From the NCBI GenBank assembly GCA_963793305.1, contig CAWBZV010000003.1, positions 1 to 64,000 of the forward strand: DNA of 64,000 nt. The letters are read 5' to 3'. Of the stretch, positions 52,716 through 63,697 are shown one piece after another. The translations under genes and the position numbers were made by a program. This DNA is from an uncultured Gemmatimonadales bacterium. GTDB lineage: Bacteria > Gemmatimonadota > Gemmatimonadetes > Gemmatimonadales > Gemmatimonadaceae. Numbering within the stretch: position 1 is the stretch's first letter; each line of letters begins with the position of its first letter. The notes under the pieces were generated by a model. That model did not search any database and was not told the DNA's origin. It worked only from the letters and a program-made list of their open reading frames with translations.

Positions 52716-53762
52716 ATGCCGGTGCTCCAGTACGAGGTCTACCACAACACGGTGCAGACGTGGCTGATCGCCCTCGGCATTTTCGCCGTGTGCGTAGGCG
52801 TGCTGCTGATCCTGCGCGGCGCACTCGCCGGCCGGATCGAGAAGCATTCGCCGGAAGCCGCTCACATCGTCCGGTCGACCAGCCTGTTCTTCGTGGTCGC
52901 CCTCGGTCTGGCACTCGGCGCGCAAGAGCTGACGCTGGTCGAAGCCTGGGACCGGACAATCCGGGCGTTGCTCACCATCGCCAGCATCGTCCAAGTCGCC
53001 CTGTGGGGAAACGGGGTGATCGGCTTCCTGCTGAGAAAGTGGTCTGCACGCCGCGCCATCTCAGGAGACGCCCAAAACCCGACGACGCTGGCCGCCCTCG
53101 GCGTGCTGATCCGCATCGCGATGTGGGTGATCCTGCTGCTGATCGCCCTCGACAACCTGGGCGTGCGCATCACAACGCTCGTCGCCGGCCTCGGCGTCAG
53201 CGGCGTCGCCGTCGCGCTCGCCGTGCAGAACGTCCTGGGCGACCTGTTCGGCGCGATGTCGATTGTCCTCGACAAGCCATTCGTGGTCGGCGACACGATC
53301 ACGGTCGACACCTTCACGGGCACCGTCGAGCACATTGGCCTCAAGACAACGCGCCTCCGGAGCATCACCGGCGAGCAGATCGTGATCGCCAACCTCGACC
53401 TGCTCAAGAGCCGCATTCGCAACTGGAAGCGCATGAGCGAGCGCGGGGTCACGATGGTGACGCGCCTCTCGTACGACAACCCGCCCCACGTGATCGCCGG
53501 CGTGCCGGCGCTCATCGAGACGATCGTGAGAGCGACACCACAGGTGCGCTTCGTCCGCTCCCACGTGCGCGCCCTCGCCGATCTGGGCGCCGAGGTCGAG
53601 ACGCTGTACTTCGTGCTCTCGGCCGACTACCTGGTGTACATGAACGCGCAACAAGCGATCACTGTCGGCACGCTCGATAGCCTCGCGGCTGAAGGCGTGA
53701 AGATCCCGACGCCAGTGACCACTGTGATGCTGCGCGCGGATGCCGCTCCGCGGCACGTCTAG
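52716..53762 (+). CDS. MscS family mechanosensitive channel
   Basis: LVAGLGVSGVAVALAVQ, DKPFVVGD and GTVEHIGLKTTRLRS. Confidence 0.92.
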   Translation: MPVLQYEVYHNTVQTWLIALGIFAVCVGVLLILRGALAGRIEKHSPEAAHIVRSTSLFFVVALGLALGAQELTLVEAWDRTIRALLTIASIVQVALWGNGVIGFLLRKWSARRAISGDAQNPTTLAALGVLIRIAMWVILLLIALDNLGVRITTLVAGLGVSGVAVALAVQNVLGDLFGAMSIVLDKPFVVGDTITVDTFTGTVEHIGLKTTRLRSITGEQIVIANLDLLKSRIRNWKRMSERGVTMVTRLSYDNPPHVIAGVPALIETIVRATPQVRFVRSHVRALADLGAEVETLYFVLSADYLVYMNAQQAITVGTLDSLAAEGVKIPTPVTTVMLRADAAPRHV

Positions 53763-53785
53763 GCTGCGCTCTGCGCCGCCTAGAC
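53757..53785 (+). terminator. Hairpin overlapping the mscS-like stop codon
   Basis: GTCTAGGCTGCGC-TCT-GCGCCGCCTAGAC, 13-bp stem with one mismatch; no U-tract. Confidence 0.35.
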
Positions 53786-53943
53786 TGGTCGATTCGCCTC
53801 CGGGGGGCAAACCCCAAGTACGCCCCCGGACCCCCCTTCAAGCACGGTGCGCGCTGATCGCATCGTCCCACGAAATAATTTCCGCGATCTGCCCACGCGG
53901 ACAATCGGCGTAATGCTGCTGTAATCCTAGGTTGACGGGTCCA

Positions 53944-56715
53944 ATGCCCGTCTTCCTTCGACGCATTCGCATTGCGCGCTGGTGCGTTCGCACGGCCGTT
54001 GCCTGCGGCGCCAGCGTCCCGCTCGTGACCGTCCATCCCGCGCGCCTCGCCGCCCAAGCGGCGGGCGGTGCCGTTGCGGGGCGTGTCGCCGATTCGAGCG
54101 GCACGCCGGTTCCGGGCGCCATGATTTATATAGCAGGAACGCGGTACGGTGCCGTCACCGGCGACGATGGCCGTTACCGCGTCGCCGCACTCCCCGCGGG
54201 ATCGTACGCGATGCACGTCCGGCGCATCGGCTTCGCCGCCGATTCGTTCCGGGTGCGCATCGCGACCGGCGTCGTCGAGCGCAACGTCGTACTCCGTCCC
54301 GTCGCGTCGTCGATCGCCGGCGTCCAGATCACCGCCTCGCGCCCCGTCGAAACTCCGGAAGCCATCGTCGAGCAAGTCAAGCAAGCGCCGACGATCGAGA
54401 ACGTGGTCGGCGCGAAAACGATCGCCGCGCTCCCAAACGCCAACGCCGCCAATGTCGCGGCTCGACTCCCTGGCGTGACGACGGAGCGCGACGAAGGCGA
54501 GAGCAAGTTCGTCGAGATCCGCGGCACGGAGCCGCGCTTGAACAACGTGATGGTCGACGGCGTGCACGTTCCCGGCACCGAGCAAGGCGAGCGCAATCCC
54601 AAGCTCGACAATGTGCCAGCGGCGCTCCTGGGCGAGCTTACCGTCGACAAGACGCTGACGGCCGACATGGACGCCGACGCGATCGGCGGGACCGTCAACC
54701 TCGTGACGCGCGTTCCCGAAGGCGCACCCCACGGATCCGTGTCCGCCGAAGCGGGCGCCATCACGTTGCTGGGGCGCGAGACGGGCGATGCCACCGTGAT
54801 CTACGGCGGCCGAGTCGGGCACGACGAGCGGTTCGGCTTCCTTTTGAGCGCGTCCTACGATCGCAATGACCGCGCGATTAATGACCTCGAGCCGACATGG
54901 AGCAGCACCGCGGGCGGTGTGCATTTCTATCCCGGCGAATTCAGCCTGCAAGCTGACGAGTACGAGCGCACGCGCTACGGCGTGGGCGGTGGCGTCGATT
55001 ATCGTCTCTCGCCGTCGACCACGCTCTTCGTCAAAGGGCTCTACAGCCTTTTTCTCGATCACGGCTCGCTGTACGTGTTCGACGTCGGCAACGGCGAGGG
55101 CGCGCCCGTCGCGGGCAGCCGCGGGTCGACCGGTGTCGATACGGGCGCGACGCTCTATCGGATGTCGCAGGCGCTGACGCCGACCGAGCAGCTCTATAGC
55201 ACCGTGCTCGGCGGCACGACCGCCTTCCGACACGACACGCTGTCCTATCGGGTGAACATCGGTGGCACCTCGCGCAATGTCACCGGATTTCGCGCGTCGC
55301 CGTTCTACTACAACGCGCCGGCGTCGTATCGGTTCAATTACTCGAATCCCAACGTGCCGCTCTACTCCGGTCTTGCGCCTTCGGCCATGAGTGCGGCGCC
55401 GTATAGCCTGGGCGGTTATACCGACGACGACACGCGATCGCGGGCCTCGACCTACGGCGTCCGCTTCGACTACGCCACGCCGCACGTCGTCACCGGCTTT
55501 CGCATACGGTCCGAGGATTCGTATTACATCGATCAGAGCTATTCGGCGACGTACACCGGCCCGACGATGCCGCTCTCGGATTTCGTGAGCGGGTTTCACG
55601 ACCCCGGGTTCTACTCGGCGATTCATCCGCTCGCGTTGGGGCCGGTGCCCGACGATGCCGCGGTTCGGGCCTACGAGAACGCGCATCCCGGTCTCTTCGC
55701 TCGCACGGTCGACACGTTGGCGAATGCGCTCGGCAGCTTCTCCGGCAGCGAGCGGGTGTATGCGGGATACACCATGTTCCGCACCGACGTGGGTCGAGCC
55801 TCGCTTAACGCGGGATTGCGATTGGAGGTCACGGACGGGTCATACGCGGGCCATGGCGCCGCCGGCAACCAGACCTATGCGGATCTCTTCCCGAGCGCGC
55901 AGGTCAAGTTCCAACTCGATGACGCCACCGACGTGCGGGTAGCGGGGTCGCGGGCTATCGGGCGACCGAACTTCTCGGATCTCGCGCCAAGTGTGTCCGG
56001 ACTACCGGGCGACCCGGCGACGATCGTGATGATCGGCAACCCGAATCTCCGCCCTGAGTACTCATGGAACCTCGACCTGCTCGGCGAGCGGTTCCTCGAC
56101 CGCGCCGGGGTTCTGTCGGCGGGTCTCTTCTACAAGAACGTCAGCAATTTCATCTTCGTGCACTCGATCCCGGGCTACCGGGTCGCCCCGTTCAACGACG
56201 GTCCGAACTATCGCGCCGGGCAGCCCGAAAACGGGAGCGCCGGCACGCTCCTCGGGGTCGAGGCGGAGTGGAACCAGCGACTCGCGTTCTTGCCGGGCGT
56301 TTTGTCGGGCTTGGGATTCAACGTCAACGGCGCATTGACAACGTCCTGGGCGACGATAGACGACCGCCGCGTGCGGCTCCCGCGCCAGGCGCCGGCGCTG
56401 GCAAACACGGCGCTGGTCTACGAAAAGGGAGTCCTCGAGCTTCGCGCCGCTTGGGCGTATCAGGCCGCGAACATCGTGAGCTACGGCGACGGCACCAGCA
56501 ATCCGGCGACCGGCGATCAGTACTTCTACTCGCACGGTCAGGTCGATGCGTCGATCGAGTGGAAGCCGTTCCGCGATACCGAGATCGAGCTCGAAGGGAC
56601 GAACCTGAACGATGCCGTGTTCGGCTTCTACGCCGGCACGCCGCATCAGCACTACAGCTTCCAGCGCGAGTACTACGGGCAGACTTTCGCGGTCAGCGTG
56701 AAACGCGAATTCTGA
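53944..56715 (+). CDS. TonB-dependent receptor with N-terminal carboxypeptidase-regulatory-like domain
   Basis: Plug motifs RLPGV...RDEGE...IRG and DADAIGGTVNL; GNPNLRPE; C-terminal Phe. Confidence 0.92.
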   Translation: MPVFLRRIRIARWCVRTAVACGASVPLVTVHPARLAAQAAGGAVAGRVADSSGTPVPGAMIYIAGTRYGAVTGDDGRYRVAALPAGSYAMHVRRIGFAADSFRVRIATGVVERNVVLRPVASSIAGVQITASRPVETPEAIVEQVKQAPTIENVVGAKTIAALPNANAANVAARLPGVTTERDEGESKFVEIRGTEPRLNNVMVDGVHVPGTEQGERNPKLDNVPAALLGELTVDKTLTADMDADAIGGTVNLVTRVPEGAPHGSVSAEAGAITLLGRETGDATVIYGGRVGHDERFGFLLSASYDRNDRAINDLEPTWSSTAGGVHFYPGEFSLQADEYERTRYGVGGGVDYRLSPSTTLFVKGLYSLFLDHGSLYVFDVGNGEGAPVAGSRGSTGVDTGATLYRMSQALTPTEQLYSTVLGGTTAFRHDTLSYRVNIGGTSRNVTGFRASPFYYNAPASYRFNYSNPNVPLYSGLAPSAMSAAPYSLGGYTDDDTRSRASTYGVRFDYATPHVVTGFRIRSEDSYYIDQSYSATYTGPTMPLSDFVSGFHDPGFYSAIHPLALGPVPDDAAVRAYENAHPGLFARTVDTLANALGSFSGSERVYAGYTMFRTDVGRASLNAGLRLEVTDGSYAGHGAAGNQTYADLFPSAQVKFQLDDATDVRVAGSRAIGRPNFSDLAPSVSGLPGDPATIVMIGNPNLRPEYSWNLDLLGERFLDRAGVLSAGLFYKNVSNFIFVHSIPGYRVAPFNDGPNYRAGQPENGSAGTLLGVEAEWNQRLAFLPGVLSGLGFNVNGALTTSWATIDDRRVRLPRQAPALANTALVYEKGVLELRAAWAYQAANIVSYGDGTSNPATGDQYFYSHGQVDASIEWKPFRDTEIELEGTNLNDAVFGFYAGTPHQHYSFQREYYGQTFAVSVKREF

Positions 56716-56728
56716 GTTATGTTTCGGC

Positions 56729-57172
56729 ATGGAGACCACGCAGTCCATGCCGCCGTCCGTCGAGCGCGTGCTCGAGCGCTTCCGCTCGCTCTCGCGCGAG
56801 GACAAGATGCAGGCCCTCGTGCAGTACTCGAAGCAGCTCGAGCCGGTGCCCGAGCGATTCCTGGGACTCGATCGGGCCGAGTTCACGGTGCCCGAGTGTC
56901 AGACTCGGGTCGATCTGTTCCCGGAGCTGGTCGACGGGAAGCTGCACTTCTACGCTGATCTGAACTGCCGTCAGTCACCGACGATCGCGGCGTTTCTGGC
57001 GATCCTCTTCTCGGCGATCAACGATCAGCCGCCCGAGGTGGCGATGGCGCTACCGAACGATTTCGTGGCGCAGGTGATGAGCGACATCGGGCTGAGTAGC
57101 CGCGAGATCGGCCTCAATGCCATGCTCGCGAGAGTCAAACGCTACGCTCAGGCGGCGCATGATTCGCATTAA
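56729..57172 (+). CDS. SufE family sulfur-acceptor protein
   Basis: VPECQT conserved Cys, SPTIAAF and LSSREIGLNAML. Confidence 0.85.
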   Translation: METTQSMPPSVERVLERFRSLSREDKMQALVQYSKQLEPVPERFLGLDRAEFTVPECQTRVDLFPELVDGKLHFYADLNCRQSPTIAAFLAILFSAINDQPPEVAMALPNDFVAQVMSDIGLSSREIGLNAMLARVKRYAQAAHDSH

Positions 57173-57383
57173 GGTCAGCGAGAACGGACCCTATCGCATC
57201 TCGGCCGAGGATGCCGACCAGGTCGTGGTCGTCGACGAAGCCGGCAACCTGATTCCGTCGCCTCGGCCCGACAAGAAGGCCATCGCGCTATGTCGTTGTG
57301 GAGCGTCTATGAAAAAGCCGTACTGCGACGGCACGCATAAGACGCTGTGGCCGCTTACGCCCGCGCCAGCACCACGTGAGTAG
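57159..57383 (+). CDS. CDGSH iron-sulfur domain protein
   Basis: NGPY...ALCRCGASMKKPYCDGTH. Confidence 0.9.
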   Translation: MIRIKVSENGPYRISAEDADQVVVVDEAGNLIPSPRPDKKAIALCRCGASMKKPYCDGTHKTLWPLTPAPAPRE

Positions 57384-57993
57384 CGTTCGTACCGGGAACG
57401 AACTCACGGCAAGAATATCCCATTGCTCGCAGGTTCAAGCCGGCCAGGAGTAGCTCGCCCGAACCGAGGACGACGGGCGAGATGGCCAGATGCATCTCGT
57501 CCACGAGCCCGGCGCGCAGGTATTGCTGGATCGTCGCGACCCCGCCGCCGACGCGCACGTCTTTCCCGTTCGCCGCTGCCGTGGCGCGCTCCAACGCGGC
57601 GTGGATCCCATCAGTGACGAAGTGAAACGTCGTGCCGCCTTCCATGGTGATCGACGGCCGCGCGTGATGGGTCAGCACGAACGTAGGCACGTGATACGGC
57701 GGGTTCGCACCCCACCAGCCTTTCCATGCATCATCGGGCCAGGGCCCGCGAATCGGCCCGAACATATTGCGTCCGAGGATCCACGCCCCGACGTTCTGGA
57801 ACCCTTTCGCGGCAAACTCGTCATCGACGCCGGTGGCTCCATCACCGTCGCCGTGCATGCGCTGGAACGTGCGGGTCGGGAAAAACCACTGGTGAAGCTC
57901 GTGCCCGCCGACGCCGAGGGGATGCTCCAGGCTCTGATTGGGCCCCGCGCCGTAGCCATCGAGCGAGACCGAGAAACTCGAAACGCGGAGCAC
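57355..57993 (-). CDS. Dihydrofolate reductase/RibD-C family protein
   Basis: SVSLDGYGAGP, ILGRNMF, GWWG.NPPYH and GGGVATIQQYL. Confidence 0.88.
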   Translation of the reverse strand: MLRVSSFSVSLDGYGAGPNQSLEHPLGVGGHELHQWFFPTRTFQRMHGDGDGATGVDDEFAAKGFQNVGAWILGRNMFGPIRGPWPDDAWKGWWGANPPYHVPTFVLTHHARPSITMEGGTTFHFVTDGIHAALERATAAANGKDVRVGGGVATIQQYLRAGLVDEMHLAISPVVLGSGELLLAGLNLRAMGYSCREFVPGTNATHVVLARA

Positions 57994-58487
57994 TACGCCG
58001 GCAGTACTGCGGCGTGCCAGGAATGCGCGGCTTCCGTCTCGAAGCGCTCGCGCCACTCGCCAGCGGTGGCGACGGTGGGATCGAACACGGTCGTATGCCG
58101 CGTGACGACACCGGACTCGCCGAGCCGGGAGAACTCGTCCCGCGTGACAGTCTGGATCGCCCCGGTCTCGTCACGGAAGTGCACGCGACCGCCGCCAACG
58201 AGCGCGGCGCCGAGCCGTGATTCCAAACCGCGGAGGCTGCGGAAGAGCCCGTCGATGGAACACCCGGACGCATACGCGTCGGTCTGATCGACGGCGATCG
58301 TGAGAAACCGGTCGTCCCGCCACTCCCGCGCGACGATCAGCGGCTGGCCGTGCGCGCGCCACTGCTCCAGGTACGCGTCGACCTCGGCGAGCAGCAGCTC
58401 AGCCTGCGCCGGCGCGAGCGGCCGGTCAGCTGCGAATACCCAGACGCGGGCGTCGGGGGGGAGCGATGAAAATGATACCAACGGCAT
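57993..58487 (-). CDS. Conserved hypothetical protein
   Basis: LPPDARVWVF, WRAHG and ASGCSID motifs of a conserved uncharacterised family. Confidence 0.8.
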   Translation of the reverse strand: MPLVSFSSLPPDARVWVFAADRPLAPAQAELLLAEVDAYLEQWRAHGQPLIVAREWRDDRFLTIAVDQTDAYASGCSIDGLFRSLRGLESRLGAALVGGGRVHFRDETGAIQTVTRDEFSRLGESGVVTRHTTVFDPTVATAGEWRERFETEAAHSWHAAVLPA

Positions 58488-58516
58488 AATCTGAAGAATA
58501 ATGTTAAGATGGGGGT

Positions 58517-58834
58517 ATGGGGGGTACGGAAGAGAACAGAGAGCGAGCTGACGTGGTCGCCGAGCTCGCGGCCAAGCTCCGCCGCCGTGGCGTCGAGCTA
58601 ACTGGGAAGGAAACGAGCGACGAAGTCGGCGACCTTCTCGATGCCGTCGAGAATTGGGAGTCGGTGGTCGAGCGCCAAGGTGGCGATCTCTACGTGGACG
58701 AAGGCGGCGATGAGCCGGATAACCCCGACTTCGTGCTGCCGAAACGGCGCGCTGGCGAGCGAGTCGGCCAATACATTGGTCGCATCGAAGAAGCGACCGA
58801 GCTCCTGCGCCACGGTGGTCATCCGCCGCGATAG
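58517..58834 (+). CDS. Hypothetical protein
   Basis: Intact acidic 105-aa ORF; TG-n-TAAGAT 6 nt upstream of the ATG. Confidence 0.75.
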   Translation: MGGTEENRERADVVAELAAKLRRRGVELTGKETSDEVGDLLDAVENWESVVERQGGDLYVDEGGDEPDNPDFVLPKRRAGERVGQYIGRIEEATELLRHGGHPPR

Positions 58835-58869
58835 TCTCACTCGCTGACGTCCCGCACGCGCCGGCGGCG

Positions 58870-59385
58870 GTCTACACGATCGGGCATTCGACGCGTCCGA
58901 CAGATGTCTTCGTCTCGCTACTGACGCCACAGGGCATCGCGACGCTGATCGACGTGCGTCGGTTTCCGGGCTCGCGCCGGCATCCGCAGTTCGGCAGCGA
59001 TGCACTGGCCGCCTCGCTTCGCGCCGCCGACATCAATTACGCTCACTTCGTCGACCTCGGCGGCCGGCGTAATCCCGCTCCTGACTCCATCAACACCGCG
59101 TGGCGCCTGGATGCATTCCGCGGCTATGCCGACTACATGGAAACGCCGCAGTTTCATCGAGCCCTTACCGCGGCGCTTTCATTGCCATCGCCGCTCGTGT
59201 TCATGTGCGCTGAGGCTCTCTGGTGGCGGTGCCATCGGAGCCTGATCTCTGATTACCTCACCGCTGGCGGGATCCAGGTACGGCACATTGGCGATTCCGG
59301 TGTCACGATCCACACCGGTACAACGCCGGCGGTGATCACGCCCGGGTCGCTGTCGTACTCACCGCCCCAAGGGGATCTGTTTTAG
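58870..59385 (+). CDS. DUF488 domain protein
   Basis: VYTIGHSTR, DVRRFPGSR, LGGRR and MCAEALWWRCHR; no in-frame canonical start visible. Confidence 0.85.
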   Translation, partial: VYTIGHSTRPTDVFVSLLTPQGIATLIDVRRFPGSRRHPQFGSDALAASLRAADINYAHFVDLGGRRNPAPDSINTAWRLDAFRGYADYMETPQFHRALTAALSLPSPLVFMCAEALWWRCHRSLISDYLTAGGIQVRHIGDSGVTIHTGTTPAVITPGSLSYSPPQGDLF

Positions 59386-60258
59386 GGCGTCAGGCAGGAA
59401 GGCGTGCTTGAACACGAACCCCGCGCGCTCCAGCGCATGGGGAAGAACGCGCTGCGAAGCGAGGAGCACGGCCTCCCCCATTTCACCATAGGCCAGCTTC
59501 AAGGCGAACCCGGGCACCGTTGCGACCGCGGGCCGGTGCAGCGCGTGCCCCAACTCGTGGGTAAAGTCGGCGTTGATCACCGGATTTGGCGCCACGACAT
59601 TGACGGGCCCACTCACGAGATCGGACGTGATCGCAAAATCGATGGCCGCGACGACGTTGTCGAGCGTCACCCAACTCATCCACTGCCGGCCATTGCCGAG
59701 TCGCCCACCGGCGCCGAGCTTGAACGGCGGCAGCATTTTCTCGAGCGCCCCACCCGCCGCGCTCAACACGATGCCGAACCGCGTGAACACGGTCCGGATG
59801 CCGCGCTCGATGACGGGCGCGGCCGAAGACTCCCAGGCTTTCGCGACGTTGGCGAGGAACCCGGTGCCGGTCGCCGAGGTCTCGTCGAGAACCTCATCGC
59901 CGCGATCGCCATAGATGCCGATGGCCGACGCGTTGACGAGCACGCGTGGCGGTCGCGCCAAACCCGCGATCGTTTTGGCGAGCACCGTCGTCGCCTCCAT
60001 ACGGCTCGCCTTGATACGCCGCTTCCGCTCGGCCGTCCATCGCTCGGCGACTGGCTCACCGGCGAGGTTCACGACCGCCTGCACCCCGTCCAGCGCCGTG
60101 GGATCGAGCACGCTGCGCGCGGGATCCCATGTCACATCCCCGCGCGAGGCATCGGCGCCGCGTCGCATGAGGCGCACCACCCGATGTCCGGTCGCGCCCA
60201 AGTGTGCGACGAGCGCGCTGCCAATGAACCCCGTGGCGCCCGCGACCGCGATCTTCAT
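59359..60258 (-). CDS. TIGR01777 family epimerase/oxidoreductase
   Basis: GATGFIG, VNLAGE, SAIGIYG and GNGRQWMSW. Confidence 0.92.
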   Translation of the reverse strand: MKIAVAGATGFIGSALVAHLGATGHRVVRLMRRGADASRGDVTWDPARSVLDPTALDGVQAVVNLAGEPVAERWTAERKRRIKASRMEATTVLAKTIAGLARPPRVLVNASAIGIYGDRGDEVLDETSATGTGFLANVAKAWESSAAPVIERGIRTVFTRFGIVLSAAGGALEKMLPPFKLGAGGRLGNGRQWMSWVTLDNVVAAIDFAITSDLVSGPVNVVAPNPVINADFTHELGHALHRPAVATVPGFALKLAYGEMGEAVLLASQRVLPHALERAGFVFKHAFLPDALKQIPLGR

Positions 60259-60638
60259 CCGCTGCGTTTGCGCCGGAGCACCGCGTCGAGCGACCACGCG
60301 CCCGCGCCGATGGCCGACAGGTACAAGAAGATGAAGCAGAGCAGCGAGGGCGTCTCGCCGTGGTTCACGATGGGCAACAATCCGCGCGGCAGGTGAAAGA
60401 GATAGTACGCGACCGCCATCTCGCCGGAGCACAGGAAGGCAATGACGTGCGTGAACAAACCGAGGATAATGCACGCGGCGAACACCGTCTCCATCACCAT
60501 GGCGATGTCCTGGAGCGGCCCCATCGGCTCGTGGTGCATGAATGAGATCACCTTCTGCACGCCGTGCTGCATGTACACGCCGGCCGCGAACACCCTCAGC
60601 AGCGTGTGAGTCAGGGTCTGCCACTTGGTTTCAGTCAT
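60255..60638 (-). CDS. DoxX family membrane protein
   Basis: HGVQK, GEMAVAY, NHGE and GAGAWSLD. Confidence 0.9.
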   Translation of the reverse strand: MTETKWQTLTHTLLRVFAAGVYMQHGVQKVISFMHHEPMGPLQDIAMVMETVFAACIILGLFTHVIAFLCSGEMAVAYYLFHLPRGLLPIVNHGETPSLLCFIFLYLSAIGAGAWSLDAVLRRKRSG

Positions 60639-60662
60639 GCGACAAGTATATATCCCATTTCA

Positions 60663-62015
60663 ATGCCAACGCTCGTCGACAAGATCTGGGATGCGCACGT
60701 CGTTCGACCCGCGACGCCGGAGACACCGGCGATCCTGTACATCGACCTGCACCTCGTCCATGAGGTGACGTCGCCGCAGGCGTTCAGTGGCCTCCGCTCG
60801 CGTGGGCTGCGCGTCCGGCGGCCTGATCGGACGTTGGCGACCATGGACCATTCGACGCCAACGCTACCGGTGCATTCCGCTGATCCCATGGGGCTCAAAC
60901 AGCTGGCCGAGCTCGAACGGAATTGCGCCGAGTTCGGCGTCCCGCTGTACGCCCTCGGCTCTGATCGCCAGGGGATCGTGCACGTGATCGGGCCGGAGCT
61001 CGGGCTGACGCAGCCGGGTATGACGATCGTCTGCGGCGACAGCCATACGAGTACGCACGGTGCTTTCGGTGCGCTGGCGTTCGGCATCGGCACGTCGGAG
61101 GTCGAGCACGTGCTCGCCGCCCAGTGCTTGTTGCAGTACAAGCCGAAGACCATGCAAGTCCGCGTCGACGGCCGACTTCAGCCTGGCGTCTCGGCCAAGG
61201 ACATCATTCTCGCGATCATCGCTCAGAATGGCGTCGATGGCGGCACGGGGTACGTCTTCGAGTACACCGGCGACGCCATACGCTCGTTGTCGATGGAAGA
61301 GCGCATGACGGTCTGCAACATGTCGATCGAGGGCGGAGCGCGTGCTGGGCTCATCGCGCCGGACGGTACGACGTTCGAGTACGTGCTGGGGCGACCGTTC
61401 GCTCCGAAAGACCTACCAGCCGAGTGGCTCCGTCTATCGACTGACGACGGTGCGGTCTACGACCGGACCATAACTCTCGACGCTTCGCGTCTCGCGCCTA
61501 TGATCACCTATGGCACCAATCCCGGCGCAGGCATGCCCATCGACGGTCGCATTCCAGAGCCCGCGTCCATCAGCGACCGCAAGGCGCTGAATTACATGGG
61601 CCTCACACCGGGAGAGAGGCTGCTCGGCAAGCGGGTCGATGTCGTATTTCTTGGAAGCTGCACGAATGCGAGAATCTCGGATCTGCGACTCGCGGCGAAC
61701 GTCCTGCGTGGCCGTCGTGTGGCAGTACGGATGCTCGTCGTGCCGGGATCACGGGAGGTGAAGCGCCAGGCCGAGGCCGAAGGATTGGCTGATGTATTTC
61801 GTGAGGCGGGCGCCGAGTGGCGCGAGGCGGGCTGCTCGATGTGCATCGCGATGAACGGCGACTCATTGTCGCCCGGCCAGTATGCCGTGAGCACGAGCAA
61901 CCGCAACTTCGAGGGCCGCCAGGGCCAGGGTGGTCGCACGTTCCTGGCCAGCCCACTGACGGCCGCCGCCACGGCGATCGCTGGCATGATCGCCGATCCC
62001 AGGGCGGTCGCATGA
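60663..62015 (+). CDS. leuC: 3-isopropylmalate dehydratase large subunit
   Basis: [32 protein letters not shown] and [12 protein letters not shown]. Confidence 0.97.
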   Translation: MPTLVDKIWDAHVVRPATPETPAILYIDLHLVHEVTSPQAFSGLRSRGLRVRRPDRTLATMDHSTPTLPVHSADPMGLKQLAELERNCAEFGVPLYALGSDRQGIVHVIGPELGLTQPGMTIVCGDSHTSTHGAFGALAFGIGTSEVEHVLAAQCLLQYKPKTMQVRVDGRLQPGVSAKDIILAIIAQNGVDGGTGYVFEYTGDAIRSLSMEERMTVCNMSIEGGARAGLIAPDGTTFEYVLGRPFAPKDLPAEWLRLSTDDGAVYDRTITLDASRLAPMITYGTNPGAGMPIDGRIPEPASISDRKALNYMGLTPGERLLGKRVDVVFLGSCTNARISDLRLAANVLRGRRVAVRMLVVPGSREVKRQAEAEGLADVFREAGAEWREAGCSMCIAMNGDSLSPGQYAVSTSNRNFEGRQGQGGRTFLASPLTAAATAIAGMIADPRAVA

Positions 62016-62560
62016 AGATTGTGTCCAAAGTATTCGTGATCCCGAACGAGAACATCGATACGGATCAGATCATCCCGGCGAGATTCCTCAAGGTCACCGA
62101 CAAGAGTGGCTTGGGCTCCAATGTGTTCGCCGACTGGAACCCACGCCCGGACCCCGCCGGCGCGGCGATCCTCGTCGCCGGGCACAACTTCGGTTGCGGA
62201 TCCTCTCGCGAGCACGCGCCGTGGGCGCTGCTCGGCGCCGGATTCCGCGCGGTCGTCAGCACGCAGATCGCGGATATTTTCAGAAACAACGCGCTGAAAA
62301 ACGGATTGTTGCCGATCACGGTCGATCCGGCGATGCACGCGCACCTCGCCGCGGACCGTGGCGAGGTCACGATCGATCTCGCGCTGCAGCGAATCGCATC
62401 AAGCGAGGGGCGGGATGCGACGTTTGCGATCGATCCGTTCGCCAAGCATTGTTTGCTGCAGGGTGTCGATCAACTCGGTTTCGTACTGGCCGAGTCTCGG
62501 GCGATTGACCGATTCGAATCCACGCATCCGGCACGGATCGTGACAACGAGTTCAGCGTGA
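62012..62560 (+). CDS. leuD: 3-isopropylmalate dehydratase small subunit
   Basis: [13 protein letters not shown] and [15 protein letters not shown]. Confidence 0.96.
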   Translation: MKIVSKVFVIPNENIDTDQIIPARFLKVTDKSGLGSNVFADWNPRPDPAGAAILVAGHNFGCGSSREHAPWALLGAGFRAVVSTQIADIFRNNALKNGLLPITVDPAMHAHLAADRGEVTIDLALQRIASSEGRDATFAIDPFAKHCLLQGVDQLGFVLAESRAIDRFESTHPARIVTTSSA

Positions 62561-63624
62561 AAGCACACATCGCGGTATTGCCGGGCGACGGCATCGGCCC
62601 AGAGGTCATCGCGGAAGGCGTGCGCGTGCTCGGCGCCATCGCCGAGCGATTCGGGCACACGTTTGATTGCACGCAGGCGCTAGTCGGCGGCGCGGCGCTC
62701 GATGCCTGCGGTATCGCGCTGCCGGTCGACACGTTGGCCATCGCCAAGTCGTCGGACGCCATTCTGCTCGGTGCCGTCGGTGGGCCGAAGTGGGATAATC
62801 CCGATGCGGTCCAGCGACCAGAGATGGGACTGCTCGGGCTTCGGAAAGGGCTCGAGCTGTACGCGAATCTTCGACCGGTCACGGTGCAGCCCTCCCTCGT
62901 GGCCGCGTCGCCGATCCGTGCGGACCGACTCACCGGCGTCGACATTCTGGTCGTGCGTGAGCTCACCGGTGGGTTGTACTTCGGCCCACAGGGGCGGGAC
63001 GGCGACCGGGCGTTCGACACGTGCGTCTATACGACGGCCGAGGTCGAGCGCGTCGTGCGGCTCGCCGCCCGCATCGCGCGCACGCGGCGCGGCAAGCTGA
63101 CGTTGGTCGACAAGGCCAACGTGCTCATGACCTCCCGCCTGTGGCGCAACGTCGTCGCGCGGTTGGCTCGCGAGGAATTTCCCGACCTCACGGTCGAGCA
63201 TGTACTCGTCGATGCGTGCGCAATGCACCTCATCCGGCGGCCCGCCGACTTTGACGTCATCGTCACCGACAACATGTTCGGGGACATTCTCACCGACGAG
63301 GCATCCGTGCTCGCCGGTTCGGTAGGCCTCCTGCCGTCCGCGTCACTCGGCGACACGCGCCGTGGACTCTACGAGCCGATCCACGGCTCGGCGCCCGACA
63401 TCGCGGGCCAGGGCGTCGCGAATCCCGTCGGCACCATACTGAGTGTCGCCCTCTTGCTCCGCCACTCCCTCGGCCTCGAAGCCGAGGCCCGCGCCATCGA
63501 GACCGCCGTCTTGGCCACCATCGACTCCGGCTGCCTCACGCGCGATCTCGCCCCGTCAGGAATTCGGCCTGCGACGACGCACGACGTGGGATCCGCGGTC
63601 ATTGCGAAGCTGACGATCAGCTGA
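62557..63624 (+). CDS. leuB: 3-isopropylmalate dehydrogenase
   Basis: [25 protein letters not shown] and [12 protein letters not shown]. Confidence 0.96.
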   Translation: MKAHIAVLPGDGIGPEVIAEGVRVLGAIAERFGHTFDCTQALVGGAALDACGIALPVDTLAIAKSSDAILLGAVGGPKWDNPDAVQRPEMGLLGLRKGLELYANLRPVTVQPSLVAASPIRADRLTGVDILVVRELTGGLYFGPQGRDGDRAFDTCVYTTAEVERVVRLAARIARTRRGKLTLVDKANVLMTSRLWRNVVARLAREEFPDLTVEHVLVDACAMHLIRRPADFDVIVTDNMFGDILTDEASVLAGSVGLLPSASLGDTRRGLYEPIHGSAPDIAGQGVANPVGTILSVALLLRHSLGLEAEARAIETAVLATIDSGCLTRDLAPSGIRPATTHDVGSAVIAKLTIS

Positions 63625-63697
63625 CGCACCGTTCGACATTGCGCGTTGCCGACGCCGACTCCTCGGCGTTAGGCTCGGCTTATACACGGGAGGCAAC

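Noticed and set aside
53790..53930. Possible riboswitch upstream of the TonB receptor (GGGCAAACC and GC-rich hairpins)
   Set aside because: I could not find the remaining conserved elements of c-di-GMP-I, cobalamin or TPP riboswitches. An Rfam scan would be needed.
47802..55686. Long antisense ORFs (for example 47802-49490, 53659-55686; also 15405-16955 and 25381-26766)
   Set aside because: Shadow ORFs typical of high-GC coding DNA, lying opposite well-supported genes.
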